This document shows positions 20,401 to 29,489 of a stretch of 64,000 nt of DNA, piece after piece. Numbering within the stretch: the stretch's first letter is position 1; each line of letters starts with the position of its first letter. Below the pieces are notes generated by a model. That model worked only from the letters and a program-made list of their open reading frames with translations, was not told the DNA's origin and did no database searches. The translations under genes were made by a program, and so were the position numbers. The stretch comes from a virus, in IMG/VR virus record IMGVR_UViG_3300037104_000592, positions 1-64,000 of that record; one strand, given 5' to 3'.

Positions 20401-21533
20401 AAACTATTGGAGAAATTGAGCAATTAATTGGATTTGAAGATATTGAAGATGATACAACATCAGTATATGGTCAGGATTTAATTAAGACGAGTCCAGGTGG
20501 TCTTATTGTTGATCTTGAAGTTTTTTGTAATGTTAGTGATGAAAAATTTCCAAAATTAAAATTTTATATTGATAGAACAAGAAAAAGATATGGTGTTTCT
20601 GCAGATCAAAAATTTGTAGTAAAGGGAGTATCTATAAAAGGAGCTCTTGTAAGATTTAAAATAGAACAAGAATTAAAAATTGAAACTGGAGATAAATTAA
20701 CTAATAGATTTGGAGCTAAAGGAATCATTACATTAATAGAAAAAGATGATTTAATGCCAAGAACTCCGTGGGGAGATAGATTAGATGTTATATTAAATCC
20801 TTTGGGAATTATTGGTAGAATGAATCTTGGACAATTATATGAGTTATATTGTGGATTAATTTCTAGAGCTTTAGTTATTAAATTACTTTCTTCTAAAAAT
20901 AAAAAGCAAGCGCTAGATGTAATGACAAATGTTTTATCAAAATTAGATACATCTAAAAATAAAGAATATACAAATAAAATGGTTGGATCTATTGCAAAAT
21001 TAAGCGATAGACAATTTTCATTATTAATTACTCAGATAAAAGATAGTGGTTTTATTCCTATTATAATTCCACCATTTAAAGCTCCCAAACCTAATCAAAT
21101 AATGGAAGCTTTAAAAATGTTAGATTTGAAACCAGGATACCATTTGTATCTTCCTGAGTTTGGAATTAAAACACACGATGCAGTTCCTGTTGGATATATG
21201 TATGTTTCAAAACTAGAACATATTGGAGAGATGAAAATACATGGTAGATCAACTGGACCTGTTGTTGGAAAAACATCACAACCAACACAAGGAAAAAGTA
21301 GAGAAGGTGGTCAGAGATTAGGAGAGTCAGATGTTCATGTTTTAATTGGATATAATTGCCCAAAACTATTATCAGAATTAATGGGACCATTGTCTGACGA
21401 TACTATTAGTAAAAATGAAATGATTTCTGATATAATTCAAACAGGAGAAACAACCTTCAGAGTTCCTAAAATTTCTCCTGCTAAAGATTTATTAAACGCA
21501 TATTTTATTTCGTTAATGTTGGAGAATAAATAG
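17439..21533 (+). CDS. Phage multi-subunit RNA polymerase beta-like subunit (set 1) with long N-terminal extension
   Basis: DPLDTPEGPNVG, IPFIENNDGNR, GYNFEDGI, GDKLTNRFGAKG, NPLGIIGRMNLGQ, KLEH, GGQRLGE. Confidence 0.95.
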   Translation: MIRFEVFKQYSQVTDGLRYTIKEQPYMLLYLSENSTLIDDFHKLNIRLIDIRMAVIPRTTIPRTFLTPELRKIYNKILGLYSYPANMKIPKNKNFIFDPTNFIKEVDETYHPDNYRQKAGFLIKNQLESALLNYPGYKKVLIYSIDVTKTFNNFVDRKIFPIIQDLKNNDINFDDLLLVTLNESSVRYRLLVKDRKFDFQKIMVYIKTIKHIDLEEEVEDETKEASEKVAAILPAHIKNKEKIKDAVKHYLKKDSNTLDKVNNNEFKPEELKTIAIKSVFFRSTNNMVRANNIVDKVKPEKIDTLLKVVDKHYADELIPKKDVVDTTDDLVVKSYNVKSAVGNKAPDHLFIKRQMDFKTNLKHDMTNSFKTLETKEIPLKIEKMEITDKPLKKNEIMKSDLSLVKVSLKDEFGKKHNVTIEIPKIDPNSGTFRVNGRTKCLVNQIVLCPITFLKPYDSKFESSYSTFHIRSKRTKRMNYLEIYMGSFKNLPLLILLTYSFGFDETMKQYDIKYEIKTEKPKKTEKFACKINATEYIYFENINTELKQELITSFINEGIDKYDIKHKFGTKEYLNDLIIKITGRVNSTFLLNANLENIIDPVAKQVLINKGLPHELKYIMQYMATKVVSGFSESRNDLTNQRIRGSEVIVNLAQKQILSAYTVYKEQVLAGNKNAEFLVNPTKVLSAFLNSEIVVDMEYANPIEEMAVMTRISPVGKSIGGIANANAIQSSARNVSPSYFGNIDPLDTPEGPNVGITQQLALGAMVSSSRGLFTTKKISNEEGSGILSTSTCMIPFIENNDGNRIQFAANQSRQMLPLKNPQPPVIRSGYESVLTNVLSDNFIKKVPERSKVLSVTSDHIILVGKSGKKYDINLTPIHLRSGTGRDTLSIFKTKVVKGQIVNEGQILAEGSCIKDGAISLGRTLCVGYMPYKGYNFEDGIIINEKLATNDMLTSLHGLEEEVLISEKDRVLFIANIGDRLKKGEPLLRKTIGEIEQLIGFEDIEDDTTSVYGQDLIKTSPGGLIVDLEVFCNVSDEKFPKLKFYIDRTRKRYGVSADQKFVVKGVSIKGALVRFKIEQELKIETGDKLTNRFGAKGIITLIEKDDLMPRTPWGDRLDVILNPLGIIGRMNLGQLYELYCGLISRALVIKLLSSKNKKQALDVMTNVLSKLDTSKNKEYTNKMVGSIAKLSDRQFSLLITQIKDSGFIPIIIPPFKAPKPNQIMEALKMLDLKPGYHLYLPEFGIKTHDAVPVGYMYVSKLEHIGEMKIHGRSTGPVVGKTSQPTQGKSREGGQRLGESDVHVLIGYNCPKLLSELMGPLSDDTISKNEMISDIIQTGETTFRVPKISPAKDLLNAYFISLMLENK

Positions 21534-21566
21534 CGTGTAAAAACTGTTTTATATAGGAGATTAAAG

Positions 21567-21740
21567 ATGAAAACAATTCTCGATGAAATGAAAAATAATG
21601 CTTTAATTTCTGCATATGAAATGGTTGTAGGAAAAGATACACAAAATGATGTAAAGAAAAAAGAAGATGTTTTTAAATTTTTAACAATATTATATCCAAA
21701 AGAAATGACTAAAATAATAAAGGAAGAAGATGGAAAATAA
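21567..21740 (+). CDS. Small 57-aa protein missing from the ORF track (MKTILDEMKNN...)
   Basis: AGGAG RBS; overlaps the start of the next gene. Confidence 0.55.
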   Translation: MKTILDEMKNNALISAYEMVVGKDTQNDVKKKEDVFKFLTILYPKEMTKIIKEEDGK

Positions 21741-22338
21741 ATCACTTAAAGTATTATTTGCTTATTCAGAACCATTACCAGAAATGGAAGATGAGTATGA
21801 TGGAGTTGATGAATTAATAGATGATGCTGAAATGAGATCTACTCTTATAGATTTAATTACATCAATTGGATCTGAAGAATTTGAACATATATATAATCTT
21901 TTTATAAATGAGATAAGAAATTTTGATATCTCATATCAAATAGCATTATGTAATGAAATTATGAAAAAAATAGAGGAAATATATAACTTTGAATTTTTAG
22001 GAAAAATTACATTACATACTCAATCTGACTGTGAAGATATTTATAAATTTTTAAACTTTTTAGAGTTTGATAATATTGATTTTTTTGTAGACTTATTATA
22101 TGGGATAGTTGAAGACTTAAGAAATGAGCCAATTAGAATAATTATAGAAAACAATTGGTTAATGATTGAAAGTAGAATCTTAAAAGAGAACTTATCACAG
22201 TTGGTTATGTTATTTTTGAGAACAAATAATAAAGATGAGTTGATAGACTTCTTTGTATCAAAAATAACTAAAAATAAAGCAATAATCACTATGAAATTAT
22301 TTGAAAGGAGAATAGAAAATGGCGAGAGTAACAATTAG
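21730..22338 (+). CDS. Hypothetical acidic protein
   Basis: 202-aa ORF. Confidence 0.6.
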   Translation: MENKSLKVLFAYSEPLPEMEDEYDGVDELIDDAEMRSTLIDLITSIGSEEFEHIYNLFINEIRNFDISYQIALCNEIMKKIEEIYNFEFLGKITLHTQSDCEDIYKFLNFLEFDNIDFFVDLLYGIVEDLRNEPIRIIIENNWLMIESRILKENLSQLVMLFLRTNNKDELIDFFVSKITKNKAIITMKLFERRIENGESNN

Positions 22339-22573
22339 AAAAGGAAACATGGCTTTAGTGGATATGGATAGGTCAGATCTTATTGATGTGAATCCATCAC
22401 ATGATGGTGTTGTTTTTACGTTTAAAAATAATGCTTATCTTTATTTTACAGATCAGAATCTTCCAACGGCAGTAAAGGAAGTTATGAAGAATACTGCTAA
22501 CAATTTTCCACTCGCGACTTTAGATTTTGATGTTGGAAATTATAAGAAACCAGTTACAGCAGAGATTAAATAA
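22319..22573 (+). CDS. Hypothetical protein
   Basis: AAGGAG RBS, 84 aa. Confidence 0.65.
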   Translation: MARVTIRKGNMALVDMDRSDLIDVNPSHDGVVFTFKNNAYLYFTDQNLPTAVKEVMKNTANNFPLATLDFDVGNYKKPVTAEIK

Positions 22574-22574
22574 A

Positions 22575-22608
22575 TTCATTATAAAAACTTGATCTATATA
22601 TATTAATT
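22575..22608 (+). promoter_or_regulatory. Putative phage early promoter (TTCATTATA-N10-CTATATATATTAATT)
   Basis: Identical 15-mer and 9-mer to those at 8898-8932. Confidence 0.55.
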
Positions 22609-22649
22609 AGTATAAGAGTAAGATTTATATTATAATTTCGCTTTACTGT

Positions 22650-22700
22650 TGAGCATCTATGAATCTTTAAAGTGGCTTCATAGATGCTCACTTATTTTTA
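22650..22700 (+). terminator. 14-bp hairpin followed by a T-tract (terminator, attenuator or sRNA end)
   Basis: TGAGCATCTATGAA-N13-TTCATAGATGCTCA, then CTTATTTTT. Confidence 0.6.
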
Positions 22701-22816
22701 ACTAAAATTTAACTACTTTTTAAAGGATTTTTATGTTTTTTAATTTAACTAATTTTTTAAAAAAGGAGGTATGAATATTTTACGTCAAATTGATAAAGAG
22801 AGGGGGGTGTAAAAGG

Positions 22817-22966
22817 TTGTTTGAAGTAGAAGTAAAAAAAGAAGATCCAGAACACACAAAAAAAGTAAGAAGAAGAATTGAAGAAAAAATAAGACATTTT
22901 AATGGGGAAAAAATTGAAGCATTAGCTGTAGTTCTCGATGTTGATACCAACACGGAGAAGAAGTAA
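22817..22966 (+). CDS. 49-aa charged microprotein with TTG start (not in ORF track)
   Basis: GGGGGTG RBS; MFEVEVKKEDPEHTKKVRRRIEEKIRH...; preceded by a 13-codon ORF at 22771-22812 with a perfect AAGGAGGT RBS. Confidence 0.55.
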   Translation: MFEVEVKKEDPEHTKKVRRRIEEKIRHFNGEKIEALAVVLDVDTNTEKK

Positions 22967-22997
22967 ATTATTTATTTTGCAATAATATTATCTATCG

Positions 22998-23090
22998 CAG
23001 CAACCTGTTTACTATTAGGTGCATTGATCGGATATATTCGATTAATTCGCTTAATAGTAAACAGGTTGCTGATTAATTATTTTTTGGTTT
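22998..23090 (+). terminator. Very long RNA hairpin (~34 bp with G-U pairs) followed by T-tracts
   Basis: CAGCAACCTGTTTACTATTA (22998-23017) is perfectly complementary to 23052-23071; the stem continues inward through G-U pairs to a TATA loop. Confidence 0.7.
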
Positions 23091-23123
23091 TTTGTCATTA
23101 AAATATTTAATTAAGGAGGAAGA

Positions 23124-23711
23124 ATGAGAGTTATATCTGTTGAAAAAATTATTGAGAACTTAAATGTACATGTTTATCCTATTACTATTGTTAAATTTCT
23201 TTTAAATAAAAGAAGAATTTTATCTTATTTCGAAAAAGCTGCTTCTAATGATTTTGAAATAAGAGGAGTAAAGTATAAACTTGATAATTCTGATTGTGTA
23301 ATTTGTAATGAGAAAAAGAATGAAGAAGTTTCATGCAGACAGCATACTTCAATAAATAGAGTATTAGAGTCAGACAATGTAATGTTTGATTTGGATACAA
23401 ATACCTATTTTTATAAAAATGAAATTTTTAGAATTGTTGGAGATAAAGTAGTTATTGTATATTGTCCACATCCAAAATTAATTACTTCTCCAATAACAGA
23501 TATTAAAGTTCGAAAGATAAACCCAATAACAGTTGAAGATCCAGAGCTTTTAAAGAAAATGTCTGAATCTAAATTAAATAAAGTTAGTGATTTTATTTCA
23601 AGTAAATTTTTAGATCAATATATGAAATGTTGGTTTAATGATGAATTCTCAATCGTTACAATTCCTGAAGATAGGAACTTTTCAAATTTTTGCTTAGTAC
23701 CAAATAGATAA
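23124..23711 (+). CDS. Hypothetical protein with CxxC..C..H motif
   Basis: AAGGAGG RBS; CVIC...CRQH. Confidence 0.65.
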   Translation: MRVISVEKIIENLNVHVYPITIVKFLLNKRRILSYFEKAASNDFEIRGVKYKLDNSDCVICNEKKNEEVSCRQHTSINRVLESDNVMFDLDTNTYFYKNEIFRIVGDKVVIVYCPHPKLITSPITDIKVRKINPITVEDPELLKKMSESKLNKVSDFISSKFLDQYMKCWFNDEFSIVTIPEDRNFSNFCLVPNR

Positions 23712-23752
23712 AAATTTTAAAAATTTTAAATAAACAAAGGAGAATTAAACAA

Positions 23753-24649
23753 ATGGAAATTAGTGATTATTCAGAATTATCAGGGATGGCTTTTGAAGCC
23801 AAAGAACAAATAGCACCAGAAGATGAGTTTTTTCACTCAGTTTATATTTCTGGACAAACAAGAAAGAACCATATTGGAATTACAGAACAGGTTGGTAAAC
23901 TTCAAATTAGAGGGGTAGATTATAACCTTGATGAAGTTTTTGGAATTATTACTCATATTAAATCAGTTTTGGTCAAATCTGTTCAAAAACAAAACAGAGA
24001 AAGTACTGAATGTTTTTCTTGGTGTCAAGGAGCAGCACCATGGAAAAGTAGTACGGGAAGAATGTGTGGAAAAAATGCTGCAGAAAGAGCATCTGTAGAC
24101 TATTGTAGTGGTTGCAGATCTCAAATTATTGTAGCAATGATTAGATGTAATCCAGATGGATCTTTATTTTTGAGTGAAAATAAAAAACCTATTTTTATTT
24201 TCATTAGAGGAAAAGGAACTAAATATTCAAATGTATCTGAATATTTAAATAATCTTTCAAAATTAGATTTAGATCCTATTTTTACACCAGCAACTCCTGA
24301 ATCTCTAAAATTTGAAAAGTCTACTGTTAATCATAAGAGATTTATAACAAAAATTAAAGTTGGATTTACTCCGACTAAATTTGGAAATAAATCTGTGTAT
24401 GAACTTGAAAAACTTTCTGAACTTCAAAAGCAACAAGTTCCTTCATTGCTAAAAGCAGCTAAAAATACAGTAACTAAATTTAATGAAAAGTTTGATTGGT
24501 CTCTTAAAGCTGGTGCAAAAACTACTGGATATTCAAATGTACCTGAAGCAGAATCTTTTGGAGAAATTGGAAACGACTCTGTTAAAACGGAATCTAAAAA
24601 AGAAGATCCAAAACCACAAAGCTTTAATTTTGATGATGTTGATTTTTAA
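23753..24649 (+). CDS. Probable single-stranded DNA-binding/annealing protein
   Basis: Acidic-aromatic tail SFNFDDVDF, Cys cluster, strong RBS, early-region position. Confidence 0.55.
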   Translation: MEISDYSELSGMAFEAKEQIAPEDEFFHSVYISGQTRKNHIGITEQVGKLQIRGVDYNLDEVFGIITHIKSVLVKSVQKQNRESTECFSWCQGAAPWKSSTGRMCGKNAAERASVDYCSGCRSQIIVAMIRCNPDGSLFLSENKKPIFIFIRGKGTKYSNVSEYLNNLSKLDLDPIFTPATPESLKFEKSTVNHKRFITKIKVGFTPTKFGNKSVYELEKLSELQKQQVPSLLKAAKNTVTKFNEKFDWSLKAGAKTTGYSNVPEAESFGEIGNDSVKTESKKEDPKPQSFNFDDVDF

Positions 24650-24661
24650 TTAAAAGTAATA

Positions 24662-24711
24662 TTGACCAAGAATTTGGTATTTATAGAAAGTTCAATTCTT
24701 TCCTTGGTCAA
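24662..24711 (+). promoter_or_regulatory. Hairpin abutting the RBS of the HNH gene
   Basis: TTGACCAAG (24662-24670) pairs with CTTGGTCAA (24703-24711). Confidence 0.45.
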
Positions 24712-24731
24712 CATATTTGGAGAATACAAAA

Positions 24732-25631
24732 ATGTCTAAATATAATTTATGTGATTATGGGTGTGGTAAACCAGCAAAGCATAGATTTAAGAATGGTAAA
24801 TGGTGCTGTGAGGATTTTTTTACAAAATGTTCGAATTTTAAACCTAAAATTAAACGTTCTGGAAAAGATCATGGAATGTTTAATAAACATCATACTCAAG
24901 AAGTTAAAGATAGAAATAGAGAAATTACAAATAATTTTACCTTATTTGAAAATCTTGAAAATATATTATGCGATTATGGTTGTGGGAAAGAAGCAAAATA
25001 TATTTTGAATAATGGAAAATATTGTTGTAATGGATATACAGTCCAATGTACAAATATTATAAAACGAACAATAGTTGGAGGATTTAAAAACAAACTTACT
25101 TTTGATAAATACAAATTGAAGCACCCAAAACTTTTTGAGGTTGAAGAGATAAGAGAAAATAATGGAATTATTGAAGTTAAATGTAAATTTTGTAGAAAAT
25201 GGTTTAATCCAAAATATGAACAATTGAGAGCAAGAATTGGTTGTATAGAAAATAAAATTAGAAAAGAGAATTGCTATTTCTTTTGTTCTGAAAACTGTAA
25301 AATAAAATCCCCTGATTATTTAAGTGGATTAAGAAAAGATCCTGTTGAAGTAAAAAATTTGAATAGTTATAGAGAAGAAGTTATTAGATTAACAGGAATT
25401 ACTACAAGAAAGAATAAAAATAAAATAAAATTTATAGAGTTAAGAGGTAAAAAATTTAAAAAAGCTCTTGATCATAAATTTTCAGTAATTGATGGTTTTA
25501 AAAATAATGTTGATCCAAAAATAATGGCTAATATAAATAATTTAGAAATAATAGATGAATCTTTAAATAATTATAAAAGAGGAAAATCTTCAATAACATT
25601 AGAAGAATTATTAAAAACTTATGAAGAATAG
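24732..25631 (+). CDS. HNH endonuclease with two CDYGCG modules (paralog of 16408)
   Basis: LCDYGCG occurs twice; CKFCRKWF..FCSENC; LDHKFSV..NINNLEI..N. ATG start at 24732. Confidence 0.78.
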   Translation: MSKYNLCDYGCGKPAKHRFKNGKWCCEDFFTKCSNFKPKIKRSGKDHGMFNKHHTQEVKDRNREITNNFTLFENLENILCDYGCGKEAKYILNNGKYCCNGYTVQCTNIIKRTIVGGFKNKLTFDKYKLKHPKLFEVEEIRENNGIIEVKCKFCRKWFNPKYEQLRARIGCIENKIRKENCYFFCSENCKIKSPDYLSGLRKDPVEVKNLNSYREEVIRLTGITTRKNKNKIKFIELRGKKFKKALDHKFSVIDGFKNNVDPKIMANINNLEIIDESLNNYKRGKSSITLEELLKTYEE

Positions 25632-25646
25632 CGAGAAATTAATCAT

Positions 25647-26873
25647 ATGTCAAAAACAACTGAAGAAGCGAAGCATTTTGAAAGATTAGATATATCAATT
25701 CTTAGTATTGGTAAAATTAAAAATCTTATAAAACAAAATATTAAAAATAATTTAAGGTGCTTAGATAATGGAGTGGATTTAGAACGAATAACTATCCACA
25801 TAATTGGTCCTGCTGGTGTTGGAAAAACTTTTTGCATGAAACAAATTGCTGATGAATTATCTAAAGAATTAGGAGTAAATTTTCAATGTACTATAATTAA
25901 AGCGCCAGTAATAAGTAGAGATGATTTACTTTGCCCATTTCCTGAAATAAATAATGGGTCAACTAAATTTAAAATGTTATATTCAGATTTTATTCCCACA
26001 GATAAAGATAGTTATGGATTATTTGTAATTGATGAATTTGAAAGAGGAGACACACAACTGAAACAACTTTGCTGGCAAATTCAAAATGAACAGAAAATTC
26101 ATGTATATGATTTTCCTCGTAGATGGTTTGTGTTATCACTTGATAATCCAGATGATTCAGAATATTCTATGGACTATCTAAGTGATGCAGCTGGATTAAG
26201 AAGAATGTTACATATTTATACAGATGTCTCAGTTCCCGATTTTCTATCATATGCTGTTTCTAATAATTTTCATCCATATGTAATAGAATTTATTCAGGTT
26301 CATCCAGAATATCTATATGATTTTACCAGTCAGAAACTTGGTAGAATTTTTTCAAATCCAGCATCTTGGCATAAGGTAAGCAATATTTTATGGGGTTATG
26401 GAACTGAAAATGAAATATTTAAAAATTTTAATGATATTGATGCACAATGTTCTGGACTTTTGAATAATTCAATGACTAGATTATTTACTGATTTTATGAA
26501 AAATAAAGACAATGATATTAGACCAAAAGATATTGTTAATAATTATAAAGATGAACGAAAGAAAATTAAGACACTGATTGAAGAATCAAATAATACAAAA
26601 ATTGGACAAATAATGCAATCATTTTTGACATATCTTTCTACTTCAAAACCTGATATAAATTCAAAAGAATTACAAAATATTTCCAGATTTCTCCTTGATG
26701 TTCCAGCAGATATTGGGGCAACTTATTTTACAATGGTAAAAGAAATAAAAGAGAGAGATGAATCAGCATTTAAATATTTAACTAAAATTCAAATGGATTT
26801 AATGAAAGATGATGAATATAGAACTAAGTTTTATGAAGCAATGGTTGATATGTCTAAAAGGTCAAGGAGCTAA
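25647..26873 (+). CDS. MoxR-like AAA+ ATPase
   Basis: GPAGVGKT, LFVIDEFERG, LDNP, LRRM; adjacent to a vWA protein. Confidence 0.8.
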   Translation: MSKTTEEAKHFERLDISILSIGKIKNLIKQNIKNNLRCLDNGVDLERITIHIIGPAGVGKTFCMKQIADELSKELGVNFQCTIIKAPVISRDDLLCPFPEINNGSTKFKMLYSDFIPTDKDSYGLFVIDEFERGDTQLKQLCWQIQNEQKIHVYDFPRRWFVLSLDNPDDSEYSMDYLSDAAGLRRMLHIYTDVSVPDFLSYAVSNNFHPYVIEFIQVHPEYLYDFTSQKLGRIFSNPASWHKVSNILWGYGTENEIFKNFNDIDAQCSGLLNNSMTRLFTDFMKNKDNDIRPKDIVNNYKDERKKIKTLIEESNNTKIGQIMQSFLTYLSTSKPDINSKELQNISRFLLDVPADIGATYFTMVKEIKERDESAFKYLTKIQMDLMKDDEYRTKFYEAMVDMSKRSRS

Positions 26874-26875
26874 GA

Positions 26876-28225
26876 ATGACTCCATTAGAGACAGGACAAG
26901 TAACTGTAAGTCCAGCAGAAAAAATTAAAGATATTATAGGACAATTAGTTCTAAGAGATTCCTTTTGGGGATATCTATTTTCAAGAGTTGGAAAAATAGA
27001 AGATGAAAGTTTTCCTTCTGTTGCAGGAATTGGCGCCTTAAAAGATGGAATGCTTTATCTGTTTTATAATCCAATTATGGTTTCAAAAATGAATGATAAA
27101 GATATTGAAGTTGTTTTATCTCATGAAGGAATCCATATCTTAAATAAACATATAAGTAGATTAATAAAAATATGGGCAGATGAAACTATAGAATCTGAAA
27201 AACAAAAGAAAATGTTAGTTTGGAATTTTGCAACTGATTTTAATGCAAATGCTATGATTAATGCACCTGATAAACTAATGGTTGGTGATAAAGAAATAAA
27301 ATTATTAAAAGCTAAAGATTATAAATTAAAAGATGGTGAAACATCTGAATTCTATTATTATAAACTATTAGAAGAATATGAGAAGCAAAAGAAAAATTTT
27401 GATAAAAGTGGATCTGGATCTTCTCATGAAAAATGGTTAATAGAAAAAGAAGGTCAGGGATCAGGAAGTGAAACAGGAGTAGGTCATGGAAAATGGACTA
27501 GTGATATAAAAGAAGTTTCAGATTTATATTCATTTGCAAGAAGAGTTGAGCAATCAACAAAAGAGATGGTTTTTAAATCATCTAAAGCTGTTAGAAACAG
27601 AGGGACTCTACCTGGTAATTTACAAGAATTAATTAATCAATGTTTGAAGCCACCAGAAGTTCCTTATTATCAAATAATTAAAAAATTGGTTAGAGGGTCA
27701 AGACTTGCTAAATATAAAATGGCATATACAAAAATAAATAGAAAAAGAACCTATTTATTTTTAACAGGAGAAAAGAAAGGATTACCTCAAATTTCTCCTT
27801 TCCCAGGTAAGACTAAAGATACGACTTTTAATATTTCATTAATATCTGATACATCTGGAAGTATGTCACAAGAGGATATTTTAGAGTCTTTAAAAGGATT
27901 GAAAAGTATTATTGAAAGTGATAGATATTGTGTTACAACTGTAATTCAATGTGATACTGATGTTCGTAAAGAATATACAGTTAAAAGAGTAAAAGATATT
28001 GATTTTGAAATAAAAGGAAGAGGCGGAACAACTCTAGCACCTGGTTTATTTAGAGCTAAAGAATTAGATACAGATGTTAGTCTTGTTTTTACAGATGGAT
28101 ATTGTGATAATATAAATCAAATTGAAAGGAAGTTATTACCTAAAAAAATAATTTGGGTTCTAACTCCAGATGGTAATAAAAATACTATTGATAAAACGGG
28201 ATATATAGTAAGGATACCTAAATGA
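26876..28225 (+). CDS. DUF2201-type metallopeptidase plus vWA-like domain protein
   Basis: HEGIH (HExxH), WNFATD..N; MIDAS-like DTSGSM, GRGGT, FTDG. Confidence 0.85.
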   Translation: MTPLETGQVTVSPAEKIKDIIGQLVLRDSFWGYLFSRVGKIEDESFPSVAGIGALKDGMLYLFYNPIMVSKMNDKDIEVVLSHEGIHILNKHISRLIKIWADETIESEKQKKMLVWNFATDFNANAMINAPDKLMVGDKEIKLLKAKDYKLKDGETSEFYYYKLLEEYEKQKKNFDKSGSGSSHEKWLIEKEGQGSGSETGVGHGKWTSDIKEVSDLYSFARRVEQSTKEMVFKSSKAVRNRGTLPGNLQELINQCLKPPEVPYYQIIKKLVRGSRLAKYKMAYTKINRKRTYLFLTGEKKGLPQISPFPGKTKDTTFNISLISDTSGSMSQEDILESLKGLKSIIESDRYCVTTVIQCDTDVRKEYTVKRVKDIDFEIKGRGGTTLAPGLFRAKELDTDVSLVFTDGYCDNINQIERKLLPKKIIWVLTPDGNKNTIDKTGYIVRIPK

Positions 28226-29478
28226 AAAATATATTATTTATTGAATTTTATTATATATTACCCAATAATAGTATAATGGTATTAAATAATGGTTTTTCTC
28301 CTTGTTATAATTTATGTAATAATATAATTTCTATAGAAATAAGATTAGATGATCTTGATTACACATTAAACTTATTACGAAAAGCTCTCACTTTAGAAAA
28401 GTTTGATATGGTATATGTATCATCTTTTTATTTATGGCATACTATTTTTGTCTATAAAATAGCATCAGAATTTCCAAATATAAATTTTATAGTGGGTGGA
28501 CCAGATGCAAGTTCTTCTAAAGTAAATACAAAATTATTATTTGAACAAGATAATTTTAAATTAACATCTGAACCATTAAGATCTATATTTCCTGAGATAT
28601 ATCATGAAAGAAAATGGGGCCTTAATTTTCCAAAATTAGAAAGTAATATTAAAAATATTGAATTTTCAATGTGTAATTCTAGAAGAACCTGTAGTTGGGG
28701 GAAGTGTAAATTTTGTACATCAAATAGTAAATTTCCAAGAATAAATTCTGGAGATGACCCCATAATAAATTTTATTGAAAATATTCCTACAGAACTAAGA
28801 GAAACTAAACAATTGCTTATTCATACTCAATTTCCTGATATTACTTTTAAGGAACTAAGAGAATTAACACCCATTTTTAATTATGATATAAGAATTAATT
28901 ATTGTTCAGCACTTAGAGCAGTAAAAATTGATAGACTAAAAAAATTTAAGGATGTTTTAGTTGAAATATTAAATCCTAATAGAATTTCATTTCAAATAGG
29001 GATAGAATTTTTATCAAATAGAATGTTAGAGTATATGAATAAAGGATTAACTGTTGATGATTATGTAGGAACTATTACTTTATTACAAGAATTAAATTTT
29101 TCTATAAATTTAAATATTATTCTTGGATGGAATAATTTAACTTTTAATGATGTTAAAGAATTTAATAATGCATTGGAAAAATTTGATAGTTCTAAAGTTC
29201 GTATAGTTTTAGGTAGATTTTATGCTACTAATGAAACTAAACCTTATTTTGAAAAAGATATAATTGAGTGTGAAGAAGAAGATAGAGGAAAACTTATTTT
29301 TAATCGGTATTATTTTAAATTGTCAGATAAAAAACAAATAAGTTTTAATAATTTAATTGAAAAAATATGTAAAAATAAGTTTGAAGTATTAAATTATAAT
29401 AATAATATATTATTGTCAAAAGCTGTTTTATGTATTGATAAACTATATAAAGATGCTAATTTAACTTTTAAAACTTAA
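28222..29478 (+). CDS. B12-binding-type radical SAM protein
   Basis: IVGGP motif, CSWGKCKFC, GIEFLSNRMLEYMNKG. Confidence 0.75.
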   Translation: MKNILFIEFYYILPNNSIMVLNNGFSPCYNLCNNIISIEIRLDDLDYTLNLLRKALTLEKFDMVYVSSFYLWHTIFVYKIASEFPNINFIVGGPDASSSKVNTKLLFEQDNFKLTSEPLRSIFPEIYHERKWGLNFPKLESNIKNIEFSMCNSRRTCSWGKCKFCTSNSKFPRINSGDDPIINFIENIPTELRETKQLLIHTQFPDITFKELRELTPIFNYDIRINYCSALRAVKIDRLKKFKDVLVEILNPNRISFQIGIEFLSNRMLEYMNKGLTVDDYVGTITLLQELNFSINLNIILGWNNLTFNDVKEFNNALEKFDSSKVRIVLGRFYATNETKPYFEKDIIECEEEDRGKLIFNRYYFKLSDKKQISFNNLIEKICKNKFEVLNYNNNILLSKAVLCIDKLYKDANLTFKT

Positions 29479-29489
29479 AGGATACCAAA

